Virus record (IMG/VR): IMGVR_UViG_3300032218_004038
Location: 1 to 45,043 of that record
DNA: 45,043 nt
Direction: 5' to 3' (one strand)
Source of the DNA: a virus
Taxonomy: Duplodnaviria > Caudoviricetes
Under the pieces are notes generated by a model. It was not told where the DNA came from and searched no databases. It saw only the letters and a program-made list of their open reading frames with translations. The position numbers and the translations under genes were made by a program. Below, in pieces: positions 8,167-15,071 of this stretch. Each line of letters starts with the position of its first letter. The first letter of the stretch is position 1.

Positions 8167-8195
8167 ACTATAACACTACCCTAGTGAATAGTCAA
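8167..8195 (-). promoter_or_regulatory. Sigma70-type promoter P6
   Basis: TTGACT-N17-TATAGT with extended TG; leader hairpin ACTGCA-N3-TGCAGT (8146-8160). Confidence 0.85.
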
Positions 8196-8222
8196 CTAGG
8201 GGTTTTCTCTAGTTGACATTGA

Positions 8223-8459
8223 TTAAGTAGGTATCCGTTCCTTGTCTTCGTAAACCTGTTTCAACAGGTTGTTGGAGTCAAAGTATTCTCCCAGATCCCT
8301 TGCAAACTTGTGGGGATAAACTCCCATCGTGTGGCCAAGGTTCCAGATCGCATCGTACTGCGTCTCGCCATAGCAAGAAGGGCCTAGCTGACCCATCGCG
8401 GCCTCATGGTAGGAGGCCTCCCATTTAGCTGTGTCTTCCTTGAATACACACTTGATCAT
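8223..8459 (-). CDS. Hypothetical early protein (78 aa)
   Basis: Follows P7 and RBS AGAGAGGAAAC. Confidence 0.75.
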   Translation of the reverse strand: MIKCVFKEDTAKWEASYHEAAMGQLGPSCYGETQYDAIWNLGHTMGVYPHKFARDLGEYFDSNNLLKQVYEDKERIPT

Positions 8460-8498
8460 CGTTTCCTCTCTTGGTTATCTGCAACATGCAGTGAAGAG

Positions 8499-8527
8499 AC
8501 TATAACACTGCCTGGAGGGTGGATCAA
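8499..8527 (-). promoter_or_regulatory. Sigma70-type promoter P7
   Basis: TTGATC-N17-TATAGT with extended TG; leader hairpin CTGCA-N3-TGCAG (8479-8491). Confidence 0.8.
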
Positions 8528-8540
8528 CTAGGTACTTTCC

Positions 8541-8969
8541 CTACCTTCGATCCATCAGGTTAGCCATCTCATGCCAATCTATCTTGTCGATTGGCCACTG
8601 CCCCAGAGGAGGCACCCGATCCACGTGCTTCTTCAACAGTTCCGGCACCTTGTTGCCCTCAAAGAGCACCGCCCTTGTATCGCCCTTTTCCCAAATGTCA
8701 TCCTCTCGGAACCGCGCCAACAAGTACACAGGACACCCTATCTCCCAGTGCTTGACCATGAACGCTACTTGATGGGGCCGAGGATAAACCATCTTGGCAT
8801 AGCTGACCTTAAGCTCAACCATCGCAAAACGCCCCGGGAGCGCGACAAGGAGGTCGGGAAGGCCTAAGGTAGCCCGAGATTCTAAAGGCGTCACAGAGGC
8901 CCCGGGAAGGGCCTTCCTGACTACCGCTGAGAACTCTGCCTCAGTCTTCCTTTTCTTCGGTGCTGGCAT
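8541..8969 (-). CDS. VRR-NUC / Holliday-junction-resolvase-like PD-(D/E)XK nuclease
   Basis: TEAEF...GLPDLL...MVELK...RPHQVAF motif pattern. Confidence 0.8.
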   Translation of the reverse strand: MPAPKKRKTEAEFSAVVRKALPGASVTPLESRATLGLPDLLVALPGRFAMVELKVSYAKMVYPRPHQVAFMVKHWEIGCPVYLLARFREDDIWEKGDTRAVLFEGNKVPELLKKHVDRVPPLGQWPIDKIDWHEMANLMDRR

Positions 8970-9609
8970 CGATCATCTCCATGATATCTTCAGGGGGTTC
9001 TTCGACCCCGGGATCAAAGGCGGGATCTACCTCTCTCGCAAGCGTTTCAGTGACCTCACCTGTGGTCGCGTCAATGATTGCGGTAGGAGCCGGTCCGTAC
9101 AGTCGCTTCAACTCATCAAGCTTGCGCTCGACCTCTTCCTTACTCATCGAATCAATGGTCCCGTGCCGGATCTCTTTGCGCTCGATGTAGATAGTCCCAA
9201 GGGCCTGTCCCCGCCGATACTCAGCGTTGACCGCGGCAGCAAAAGCACCCGCCTCAATAGCCTTGTCGCGGATAATCTGCAAGTCCCGCATGTGCCGGTC
9301 ATAGTTGGTGTTGTACTTCGATGCCAACTCCGCCCGATACGCTTGAATCGCGGCCACCACATGGGGGTTCATTTTCGGGTTCGTCAGCTGCCATGCCTTG
9401 ACGTTGGGATTCGTAGTCTCAAACCCCGCGGCCTTCACAGCATCCTTGAGCGTGACCCGGCCATCGCCGCTCACATACTCCTGAACAAACTTCCATTCTT
9501 TGGCCGACAAAGTCTTAGCCGCACGCAACTTCGGAACAACGGCAGCGGTCCGCGTTGCTACCTTAGGGGGTATGACAGGAGGGACATTCCAAACGTCCTT
9601 CTTCGTCAT
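8941..9609 (-). CDS. terS: Terminase small subunit
   Basis: LSAKEWKFVQEYV...AVKAAGF...AWQL...PHVVAAI HTH pattern plus AAAVNAEYRRGQALG; ATGA-overlap start at 9609. Confidence 0.8.
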   Translation of the reverse strand: MTKKDVWNVPPVIPPKVATRTAAVVPKLRAAKTLSAKEWKFVQEYVSGDGRVTLKDAVKAAGFETTNPNVKAWQLTNPKMNPHVVAAIQAYRAELASKYNTNYDRHMRDLQIIRDKAIEAGAFAAAVNAEYRRGQALGTIYIERKEIRHGTIDSMSKEEVERKLDELKRLYGPAPTAIIDATTGEVTETLAREVDPAFDPGVEEPPEDIMEMIDASTEEKED

Positions 9610-9833
9610 TCGGTTCTCCATAGCCGCCAGCCGCCCTCAGAGGGCACAGAACGCACTGTAAACGCCCAGCTGGGCCGATACCTTCGGACGAACCTCAACG
9701 CGGCCACACGGGCCGATTTAGCCTGTCCAAAGTCTTTGAACAGAATCGAGTCCCCCTCCTCCATCTGGTCAAAGGGGTACCGCGTTCTGCCGTTCGGCTG
9801 TGACACGTTTTTGTCTATCGTAAACACAATCAA
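9606..9833 (-). CDS. Small putative DNA-binding phage protein
   Basis: YPFDQMEEGDSI...WRLWR motif, basic; the true start may be GTG 9827. Confidence 0.65.
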   Translation of the reverse strand: MIVFTIDKNVSQPNGRTRYPFDQMEEGDSILFKDFGQAKSARVAALRFVRRYRPSWAFTVRSVPSEGGWRLWRTE

Positions 9834-9977
9834 CCAACTCCATGGGCAACGGGCCTAATTGTACGTCAGTTGGCACACAAAAGACAACCCCTCCCCGCAA
9901 AGCCGCATGAATCCTCGGTCCGCGGTCCGCCAGCACTCAACCAGAACCACCGCCAAACCCCCCGCCAACCAAATCAA

Positions 9978-10198
9978 GGGTTCCTATAGAACTTTTGAGG
10001 ACATAGGCATGTTTTTTTTTTCACCTCCTCTTGTCGCGGATCTCCCCTAGAAATTACGTCTCTAAACCACACCGTAATGTGACGTGTAGCTCCAAACCCT
10101 TGATTTCATTCACTTATTACGGCATTACGTCTATTACGTCAAATCTCACAAATTTGAAAAAAAAAACACCTATGTCCTCAAAAGTTCTATAGGAACCC
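9978..10198. other. Candidate replication origin: long inverted repeat enclosing iterons
   Basis: Perfect 30-bp inverted repeat 9978-10007/10169-10198 (44 bp with one 2-nt bulge) flanking ATTACG repeats, in the non-coding gap between divergent gene blocks. Confidence 0.55.
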
Positions 10199-10283
10199 GT
10201 TTTTCCCGTAATCCCCCCTATTTTGCCTAAAATTTAAGCAAAAAAGCACCATTTCGCCTAATTTCACACCCTTCGTCAGCCGC

Positions 10284-10312
10284 TTGACAGTAACACTAGA
10301 CCTTGTTACTCT
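10284..10312 (+). promoter_or_regulatory. Rightward promoter with overlapping inverted repeat
   Basis: TTGACA-N17-TACTCT with extended TG; AGTAACA...TGTTACT inverted repeat (10289-10310). Confidence 0.65.
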
Positions 10313-10375
10313 CCTCACTTCACAACGACCGAAGCACAGATCCTAACTAACGCAACCACTACAAACACTACACTC

Positions 10376-10582
10376 ATGCCAACTAACGACGTTTTCCCTA
10401 AAAAAGACCGGGCCGCGGTCCTTCTTGACTTCCTCTATGACAACTTTGACTCACCAAAGGATGCCATAGCAACCTTGGAAGAGGTCCGAACCCTGCTTAC
10501 ACAGGCTGTCGAGACTGTCTCTCAAGAACTCTTGGAGCAGGCTTTGCAGGACATGCTAAACGCTTCTGGAGACAGATCATGA
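10376..10582 (+). CDS. Hypothetical protein (68 aa)
   Basis: First gene after the rightward promoter; ATGA coupling to the next ORF. Confidence 0.7.
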   Translation: MPTNDVFPKKDRAAVLLDFLYDNFDSPKDAIATLEEVRTLLTQAVETVSQELLEQALQDMLNASGDRS

Positions 10583-10893
10583 CCAACCGCTACGATGTCT
10601 ACGTAGAGCTAGTCACTTCTGACATCCAGCTTGACGGGGTCACGCTGAGTGTCGACTATGAGTTTCAGGAACCTGAAGAAGGGGAAAAAGAGCCCGGGAC
10701 GGGGTTACTTTTGACCCCGGACCTACCTCCAACGTTCGTAGTGGAGTGTGTTTTTCATGAGAGTTATGACATTACTGACCTGCTTAGTGAGGACACTTTT
10801 GACCGGATTCATCAAGTTTTGTTGGAGAGGTATCAGCACTCAAGTCTTCCTTCTTACAACGATTATGTCCGCGGCGAGGAGGAAGACCTTTGA
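10579..10893 (+). CDS. Acidic hypothetical protein (104 aa)
   Basis: Translationally coupled; very D/E rich. Confidence 0.75.
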   Translation: MTNRYDVYVELVTSDIQLDGVTLSVDYEFQEPEEGEKEPGTGLLLTPDLPPTFVVECVFHESYDITDLLSEDTFDRIHQVLLERYQHSSLPSYNDYVRGEEEDL

Positions 10894-11111
10894 ACTGCCC
10901 GAATTGCCTGACAAAAACGAAGACTTTGGACACCCGGCAGTATCAGTCGGGAGAGCAGGAGGGGAAGTTTCCGTGGGTAGAGAGGAGGGTTGTTTGCACG
11001 CATTGCGGGCATCGGATGCACACGGTGGAGGTCAGTCGGGAGTTGTGGCATCGAGCTTTTGCTGCACTTATAAATGCAACGAGGGACGAGATTGTCCCCA
11101 CAGAGGAGTGA
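10890..11111 (+). CDS. NrdR-N-like zinc-ribbon protein
   Basis: CPNC...TLDTR...RRVVCTHCGHRMHTVE. Confidence 0.7.
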   Translation: MNCPNCLTKTKTLDTRQYQSGEQEGKFPWVERRVVCTHCGHRMHTVEVSRELWHRAFAALINATRDEIVPTEE

Positions 11112-11297
11112 ATGTTGGAAACGACTGAAAGAACGCCGGAAAAAACGCCGGAAAAAACGCCGCCTTTGTGCCAGCAGTGTCAGAAGGCACCGGCCAAGTT
11201 TCGCACCTTTAACTTAAAGACCAAGGGGTACCGGTGGAAGTGTGAGACATGTTTTAAGAAACTAAATCCATCTGGGTTTAATGGGGGAGCGCGATGA
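11112..11297 (+). CDS. Small zinc-finger protein
   Basis: CQQC...CETC; N-terminal TPEK repeats. Confidence 0.65.
   Translation: MLETTERTPEKTPEKTPPLCQQCQKAPAKFRTFNLKTKGYRWKCETCFKKLNPSGFNGGAR
11132..11162 (+). repeat. 12-bp tandem repeat (x2.6)
   Basis: AACGCCGGAAAA repeated, encoding TPEK. Confidence 0.9.
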
Positions 11298-11602
11298 AGA
11301 GGAAGGAGGTTTTGATGGAGTTTTTGACTGATCTGGCGGGCATGGTTCCGCGCAGATGGGTTGGGCTCGGAGAAGAGGAAATCAAAGATTTTCAGACAAA
11401 CCGTTTTGTCAGTGAACGGTTGATTCTGGCCATCGAGCAGCGGTTAAAGGAGAAGAACACCGGTCCGCGGTCCGTTGTCGCTGGTTGGCAGACACTTGAG
11501 GATGATGAGTATCAGACCATTCTTGGACAGCTTGGTGATGGGGGGTTGTTGGCCTTTTACGTGTTGATTGAACAAAAGCTCCGGGAGAAGAATGGTGGAT
11601 AG
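11294..11602 (+). CDS. Hypothetical protein made of two W-x-x-L...IE-x-x-L-x-EKN modules
   Basis: WVGLGEEEI...AIEQRLKEKNT and WQTLEDDEY...LIEQKLREKNGG. Confidence 0.75.
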   Translation: MKRKEVLMEFLTDLAGMVPRRWVGLGEEEIKDFQTNRFVSERLILAIEQRLKEKNTGPRSVVAGWQTLEDDEYQTILGQLGDGGLLAFYVLIEQKLREKNGG

Positions 11603-11834
11603 ATTAGACATCATCCGCATGGCGCGGGAGGCGGAAATTCCCGGATCGTGGGACTTAAATTGGTTTGACCCATATCTTGATAGCTTCGCCGCCCTTGTCG
11701 CCGCGCATGAGCGGGAGAGATTGGTTCAAGTATCGCCGCTGGAGTTTGTGACGGCAGTGCTTGAGAAAGAGCACTTGGTTGGCAAACCGTTTATGTGGGC
11801 GCAGTGGCCCAACGAGGAGAAGAACGGTGGCTGA
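11592..11834 (+). CDS. Hypothetical protein
   Basis: Start after GGAG; DIIRMAREA...FAALVAAHERE motif typical of small phage proteins. Confidence 0.75.
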   Translation: MVDRLDIIRMAREAEIPGSWDLNWFDPYLDSFAALVAAHERERLVQVSPLEFVTAVLEKEHLVGKPFMWAQWPNEEKNGG

Positions 11835-11967
11835 CTGGCTATCAAAATGGTGGTGCGATTGGTTCCACGGTGGGCAAGTCAAACGGCATTACTACACTGA
11901 CCGAATCAATTGGCAGTGTGGCAAGTGCGGCAGATGGTCTGATGAGGAGAGCACATGGGCGGATTAG
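11827..11967 (+). CDS. Small Cys/His protein
   Basis: GTG after GAGGAG; WCDWFH...CGKCGR. Confidence 0.6.
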   Translation: MADWLSKWWCDWFHGGQVKRHYYTDRINWQCGKCGRWSDEESTWAD

Positions 11968-12143
11968 CAAAGGCTTTGAGCGAAGAACAAGTTTTGCGGC
12001 GTGTTGTGAAGAAAGTCTGTGAACAAGTATGGTCACAGAATAAAACGATAAATAAAGTTTATAAAGAAGTCGATTTGGCTGATGCATACAAGAAGGGTTG
12101 GGATGACGCAATGCTCCGCAACAGTCTGGAAAAGAACACATGA
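11955..12143 (+). CDS. Hypothetical protein (62 aa)
   Basis: RBS GAGGAG; AYKKGWDDA motif. Confidence 0.65.
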   Translation: MGGLAKALSEEQVLRRVVKKVCEQVWSQNKTINKVYKEVDLADAYKKGWDDAMLRNSLEKNT

Positions 12144-12325
12144 GCACACCTATTACCCCGCAACAGATGATTCAATCGGTGCTTGATGCACTCAATGAGT
12201 CGGTCAAAGACATACCAGAGGACAGGCGCGAAGAGGTTAAGGCAAAGATACTTGACAATTTTTGGGCGTCTATTTTTAAAGGGTCAGTAAAAGATGAAGT
12301 ACCGCAAGAAACCAATAGCCATTGA
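12140..12325 (+). CDS. Hypothetical protein (61 aa)
   Basis: ATGA coupling. Confidence 0.6.
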   Translation: MSTPITPQQMIQSVLDALNESVKDIPEDRREEVKAKILDNFWASIFKGSVKDEVPQETNSH

Positions 12326-12530
12326 GGCAACGCAGTGGTTTGAGATGGGCGACCATCCTGCCGTGAAAAAACCACCGCCACATTGGGACAACGGTGTATT
12401 CGGTTGGGTATCCACCCTTGAGGGCGGACACATCGTCACCCCCGGCGACTGGATCATCACCGGCGTGATGGGCGAACACTATCCCTGCAAAGATAAAATC
12501 TTTCGGATGACTTACGAGGCCGCAGAATGA
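12294..12530 (+). CDS. Conserved small phage protein (KYRKKP/TLEG/GDWII, PGDYG-like family)
   Basis: MKYRKKPIAIEATQW...TLEGGHIVTPGDWIITGVMGEHYPCKDKIFRMTYE. Confidence 0.8.
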   Translation: MKYRKKPIAIEATQWFEMGDHPAVKKPPPHWDNGVFGWVSTLEGGHIVTPGDWIITGVMGEHYPCKDKIFRMTYEAAE

Positions 12531-12670
12531 AGTACGGAATCCTTGACGACGAAGGCCAAGTAGTACGGTGGGTGTGGTCTGTACCGCCATACCCACACAT
12601 CGTGCAGAAAATCAAACGCCAGCGAAAACCTAGGCTGGACTTGTCGAATGTACCTGATGCTTTGTTTTGA
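12527..12670 (+). CDS. Hypothetical protein (47 aa, not in ORF track)
   Basis: ATGA coupling; MKYGILDDEGQVVRWVWSVPPYPHIVQKIKRQRKPRLDLSNVPDALF*; fills the gap between its neighbours. Confidence 0.65.
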   Translation: MKYGILDDEGQVVRWVWSVPPYPHIVQKIKRQRKPRLDLSNVPDALF

Positions 12671-12675
12671 GGTGA

Positions 12676-12972
12676 ATGATGATTGATGAGAGCACGACGA
12701 GAGAGTTTATATTGGAGTTTCTGTTGGAGAACGGGGCGACTCCGCTATGCAAATTTGACTTTACAAAAGCTGGCAGGAAGGCCGTGTCTAACCAGTTGAT
12801 GCGCATGTATCAAGAAGGAATACTGGACCGAACCAAGTCTGATAACAAGTTTGCCTACAGCATTAGGGACAGGGAAGATTTTTACCTGAACAATGAGCCG
12901 GGGTATGCGTATTACTTGCGTAACCTGCCGCGGTCCGCGGTCCACGATCAATTAAGCGAGCAGGCCGCATGA
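12676..12972 (+). CDS. Putative winged-helix DNA-binding protein
   Basis: ILEFL...KAVSNQLMRMYQEGILDR...FAYS pattern; RBS GAGG. Confidence 0.55.
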   Translation: MMIDESTTREFILEFLLENGATPLCKFDFTKAGRKAVSNQLMRMYQEGILDRTKSDNKFAYSIRDREDFYLNNEPGYAYYLRNLPRSAVHDQLSEQAA

Positions 12973-13709
12973 CTCCGCTGATGCGAAAGATCTTGTCTGT
13001 CTACCCGGACAATCCTCCTGAGGATTTTAAGTGGTTTGACATGACGGGGATGATGCCGGAGAAGGGCAATGAGACGATGTTGGATGATGTTGAACATGGT
13101 CATCTGCCCTTTCCGCAGTGTTGTTTGATCGGGACGGATTCAATTGGTAATGAGTATTGTCTTTTTGTGGTGGAAAAGCTCGAGGAGCGGTTTCGTTGGG
13201 GTGCGACGGGGATTGTGTTTCACAAGGGATGGATGGAGAACGGGGAGTTAAAGCTACCTCCCGGTAGTAGGGTTCAGTACAGGATTCCGCCGATCCGGTT
13301 TGACATTAGGAATCGAGAATTGCAGACGCCCAAAGAGAGCAAGAACAGGGATCTGACCACGATAACGGTGGCCACGATTGCGATTTTTTTAAAAGCGCTG
13401 GAGAGAACCCCGGTAACGGCGCACGTTCCGACGTTGGTGAACACGTTTACGAACAAGAGGAAGTTTGCGCAGGGCAAGCCTGCTACGTATACGTGGACGA
13501 CGTTAGATATTGATCCGAAGACGATTGTGTATCCCAAGGAGCACAAGGGTGGGACTCATGCCAGTCCGCGGTTTCATGAGCGCCGGGGGCATTGGCGCAT
13601 GACGAAGTTGGGCAAGAGGGTGTGGGTTAAGAACTGTTCTGTTGGCAATGCGGCGTTGGGAACAGCGTTTCACGATTACCGGTTAGTAAGAGAGGAGCGA
13701 GCAGCATGA
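12969..13709 (+). CDS. Conserved hypothetical phage protein (246 aa)
   Basis: C-terminal HASPRFHERRGHWR...VWVKNCSVG motif. Confidence 0.8.
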   Translation: MTPLMRKILSVYPDNPPEDFKWFDMTGMMPEKGNETMLDDVEHGHLPFPQCCLIGTDSIGNEYCLFVVEKLEERFRWGATGIVFHKGWMENGELKLPPGSRVQYRIPPIRFDIRNRELQTPKESKNRDLTTITVATIAIFLKALERTPVTAHVPTLVNTFTNKRKFAQGKPATYTWTTLDIDPKTIVYPKEHKGGTHASPRFHERRGHWRMTKLGKRVWVKNCSVGNAALGTAFHDYRLVREERAA

Positions 13710-13807
13710 GTGAAATCTGGATGGACTGGTTACTAGCATTTTGCGTTGGGTATGTGCTGGGGCTGTCAGCTGGAGCGTTGGTATTGAGTCAATTTTTTAT
13801 GGCATAG
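13706..13807 (+). CDS. 33-aa membrane peptide (not in ORF track)
   Basis: ATGA coupling, RBS GAGGAG; MSEIWMDWLLAFCVGYVLGLSAGALVLSQFFMA*. Confidence 0.6.
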   Translation: MSEIWMDWLLAFCVGYVLGLSAGALVLSQFFMA

Positions 13808-13815
13808 GGGCGAAG

Positions 13816-14010
13816 ATGGAACCAATCGGACGGTCGCCCCAGTGGGTGCCGGATTATTCGCAGATGGAAGAGCCCCCAAGACCTTGGACGCAGTTGACGA
13901 TGCAGGAGATCAACGAATGCATCGTTCACACGGGACTAAGTGTGTATGAGGGGGATGTTTATATTTTTGCACGGGCCATTGAGGCTCTCTTACAGGGGAA
14001 AAACGCATGA
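13816..14010 (+). CDS. Hypothetical protein (WTQLT...FARAIE...KN module)
   Basis: Start reassigned to ATG 13816; paralogous module to 11294-11602. Confidence 0.7.
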   Translation: MEPIGRSPQWVPDYSQMEEPPRPWTQLTMQEINECIVHTGLSVYEGDVYIFARAIEALLQGKNA

Positions 14011-14207
14011 ATGGGTTGACATATGGGCAGGCCATGGGAGTGGCGCACGGGGTGGTTCATTTAGGGTTGCAGGTGAGGGAATTACAGCATTTATCAGCAA
14101 CGGGTGCGGATGTTAATCAGGTGCGCGAGAAGATGCTGGAGATCATGGAGACGGCGTTTAATGGTGTTATGTCTAGTTTGAAGCAGGTGGACAGTGAGGC
14201 ACCATAA
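14007..14207 (+). CDS. Hypothetical protein (66 aa)
   Basis: ATGA coupling. Confidence 0.65.
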   Translation: MNGLTYGQAMGVAHGVVHLGLQVRELQHLSATGADVNQVREKMLEIMETAFNGVMSSLKQVDSEAP

Positions 14208-14397
14208 CGTTGAGCCAACGCAAGAGATGTTAGATGGGGCGAAGGCTTATGCGGACTACCGGCTAAGGATGATCTTGGTTGAGTTGGAAAAGCAAAAGAA
14301 AAAGCACCCGGATCCGGTCACTCAGTGGTGTGCCTTTTTTGACGGGTACGTTGCTGGTTGGAAAAGGGCAATTTGGGAGGGTCATGGAACATGTTGA
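14194..14397 (+). CDS. Hypothetical protein (67 aa)
   Basis: Overlapping GTG start within the operon; FFDGYVAG motif. Confidence 0.6.
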   Translation: MRHHNVEPTQEMLDGAKAYADYRLRMILVELEKQKKKHPDPVTQWCAFFDGYVAGWKRAIWEGHGTC

Positions 14398-14570
14398 AAG
14401 CAGGAAAGTTTGTTAAGGATTGGGACCTATCAAAGATGGGCACGGGGTATGTGCGTAGGGCTCCGGCGAGGAGTTTTTGTTCAGATATGACCTTGGTGCA
14501 GACAGTGTTGTCGTGGAAGACAGTTCCGAAGATGGGAATATGGAGACGAGTGTGGAAGAAATTGCCTTGA
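14391..14570 (+). CDS. Hypothetical basic protein (59 aa)
   Basis: ATG 14391 after GGAGG. Confidence 0.55.
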   Translation: MLKAGKFVKDWDLSKMGTGYVRRAPARSFCSDMTLVQTVLSWKTVPKMGIWRRVWKKLP

Positions 14571-14812
14571 ACGAGGAGACGAAAAAGCAGCGCATTCCGG
14601 AATGGATGGGAACGCTTTGCCCGGAGTGCGGAGCGCGGTCCGCGGTCATGGAAACGCGAAAAACGTTATCCGGACCGAGGAGAAGGTTCTTGTGCGAGAA
14701 CGGTCATCGATTCACGACCATTGATCATGAGTTGAAGAGGATAGATTTAGCGCCACTGCCCAATGGCAGGCCCATTATTGCAAAGGAGCAAAAAGATGAG
14801 ATCACTGGATGA
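14567..14812 (+). CDS. Second NrdR-N-like zinc-ribbon protein
   Basis: CPECG...VMETR...RRRFLCENGHRFTT; TTGA overlap start. Confidence 0.7.
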   Translation: MNEETKKQRIPEWMGTLCPECGARSAVMETRKTLSGPRRRFLCENGHRFTTIDHELKRIDLAPLPNGRPIIAKEQKDEITG

Positions 14813-15071
14813 TGTGACCCCTGATGAATGGTCAAACTCTGCTTCGCGCCTTCGTAGGGAAGGAGGTGCGCACTACAAGCATGAGCAGTATGAGACGTGG
14901 GACGTGATCGAGGATTGGGGGCTAGGATACTTTGATGGCAATGCTGTCAAGTATCTAAGCCGTTGGCACCGCAAGGGCACGCCCATCGAGGATTTGAGGA
15001 AGGCTAGGCACTACATTGACAAGCTGATTCAGATTGAATTAGTTAAGGCCGCAAGAAAATCCCTCAAATAA
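14796..15071 (+). CDS. DUF3310 family protein (T7 gp1.7-like putative nucleotide kinase)
   Basis: HYK...ETWDVI...GNAVKYLSRWHRKG...EDLRKARHYIDKLI. Confidence 0.85.
   Translation: MRSLDDVTPDEWSNSASRLRREGGAHYKHEQYETWDVIEDWGLGYFDGNAVKYLSRWHRKGTPIEDLRKARHYIDKLIQIELVKAARKSLK

Noticed and set aside
4391-8543. Possible CRISPR mini-array from the repeated elements
   Set aside because: The repeats are separated by whole genes of variable length, not 25-45-nt spacers, and no cas operon is present.
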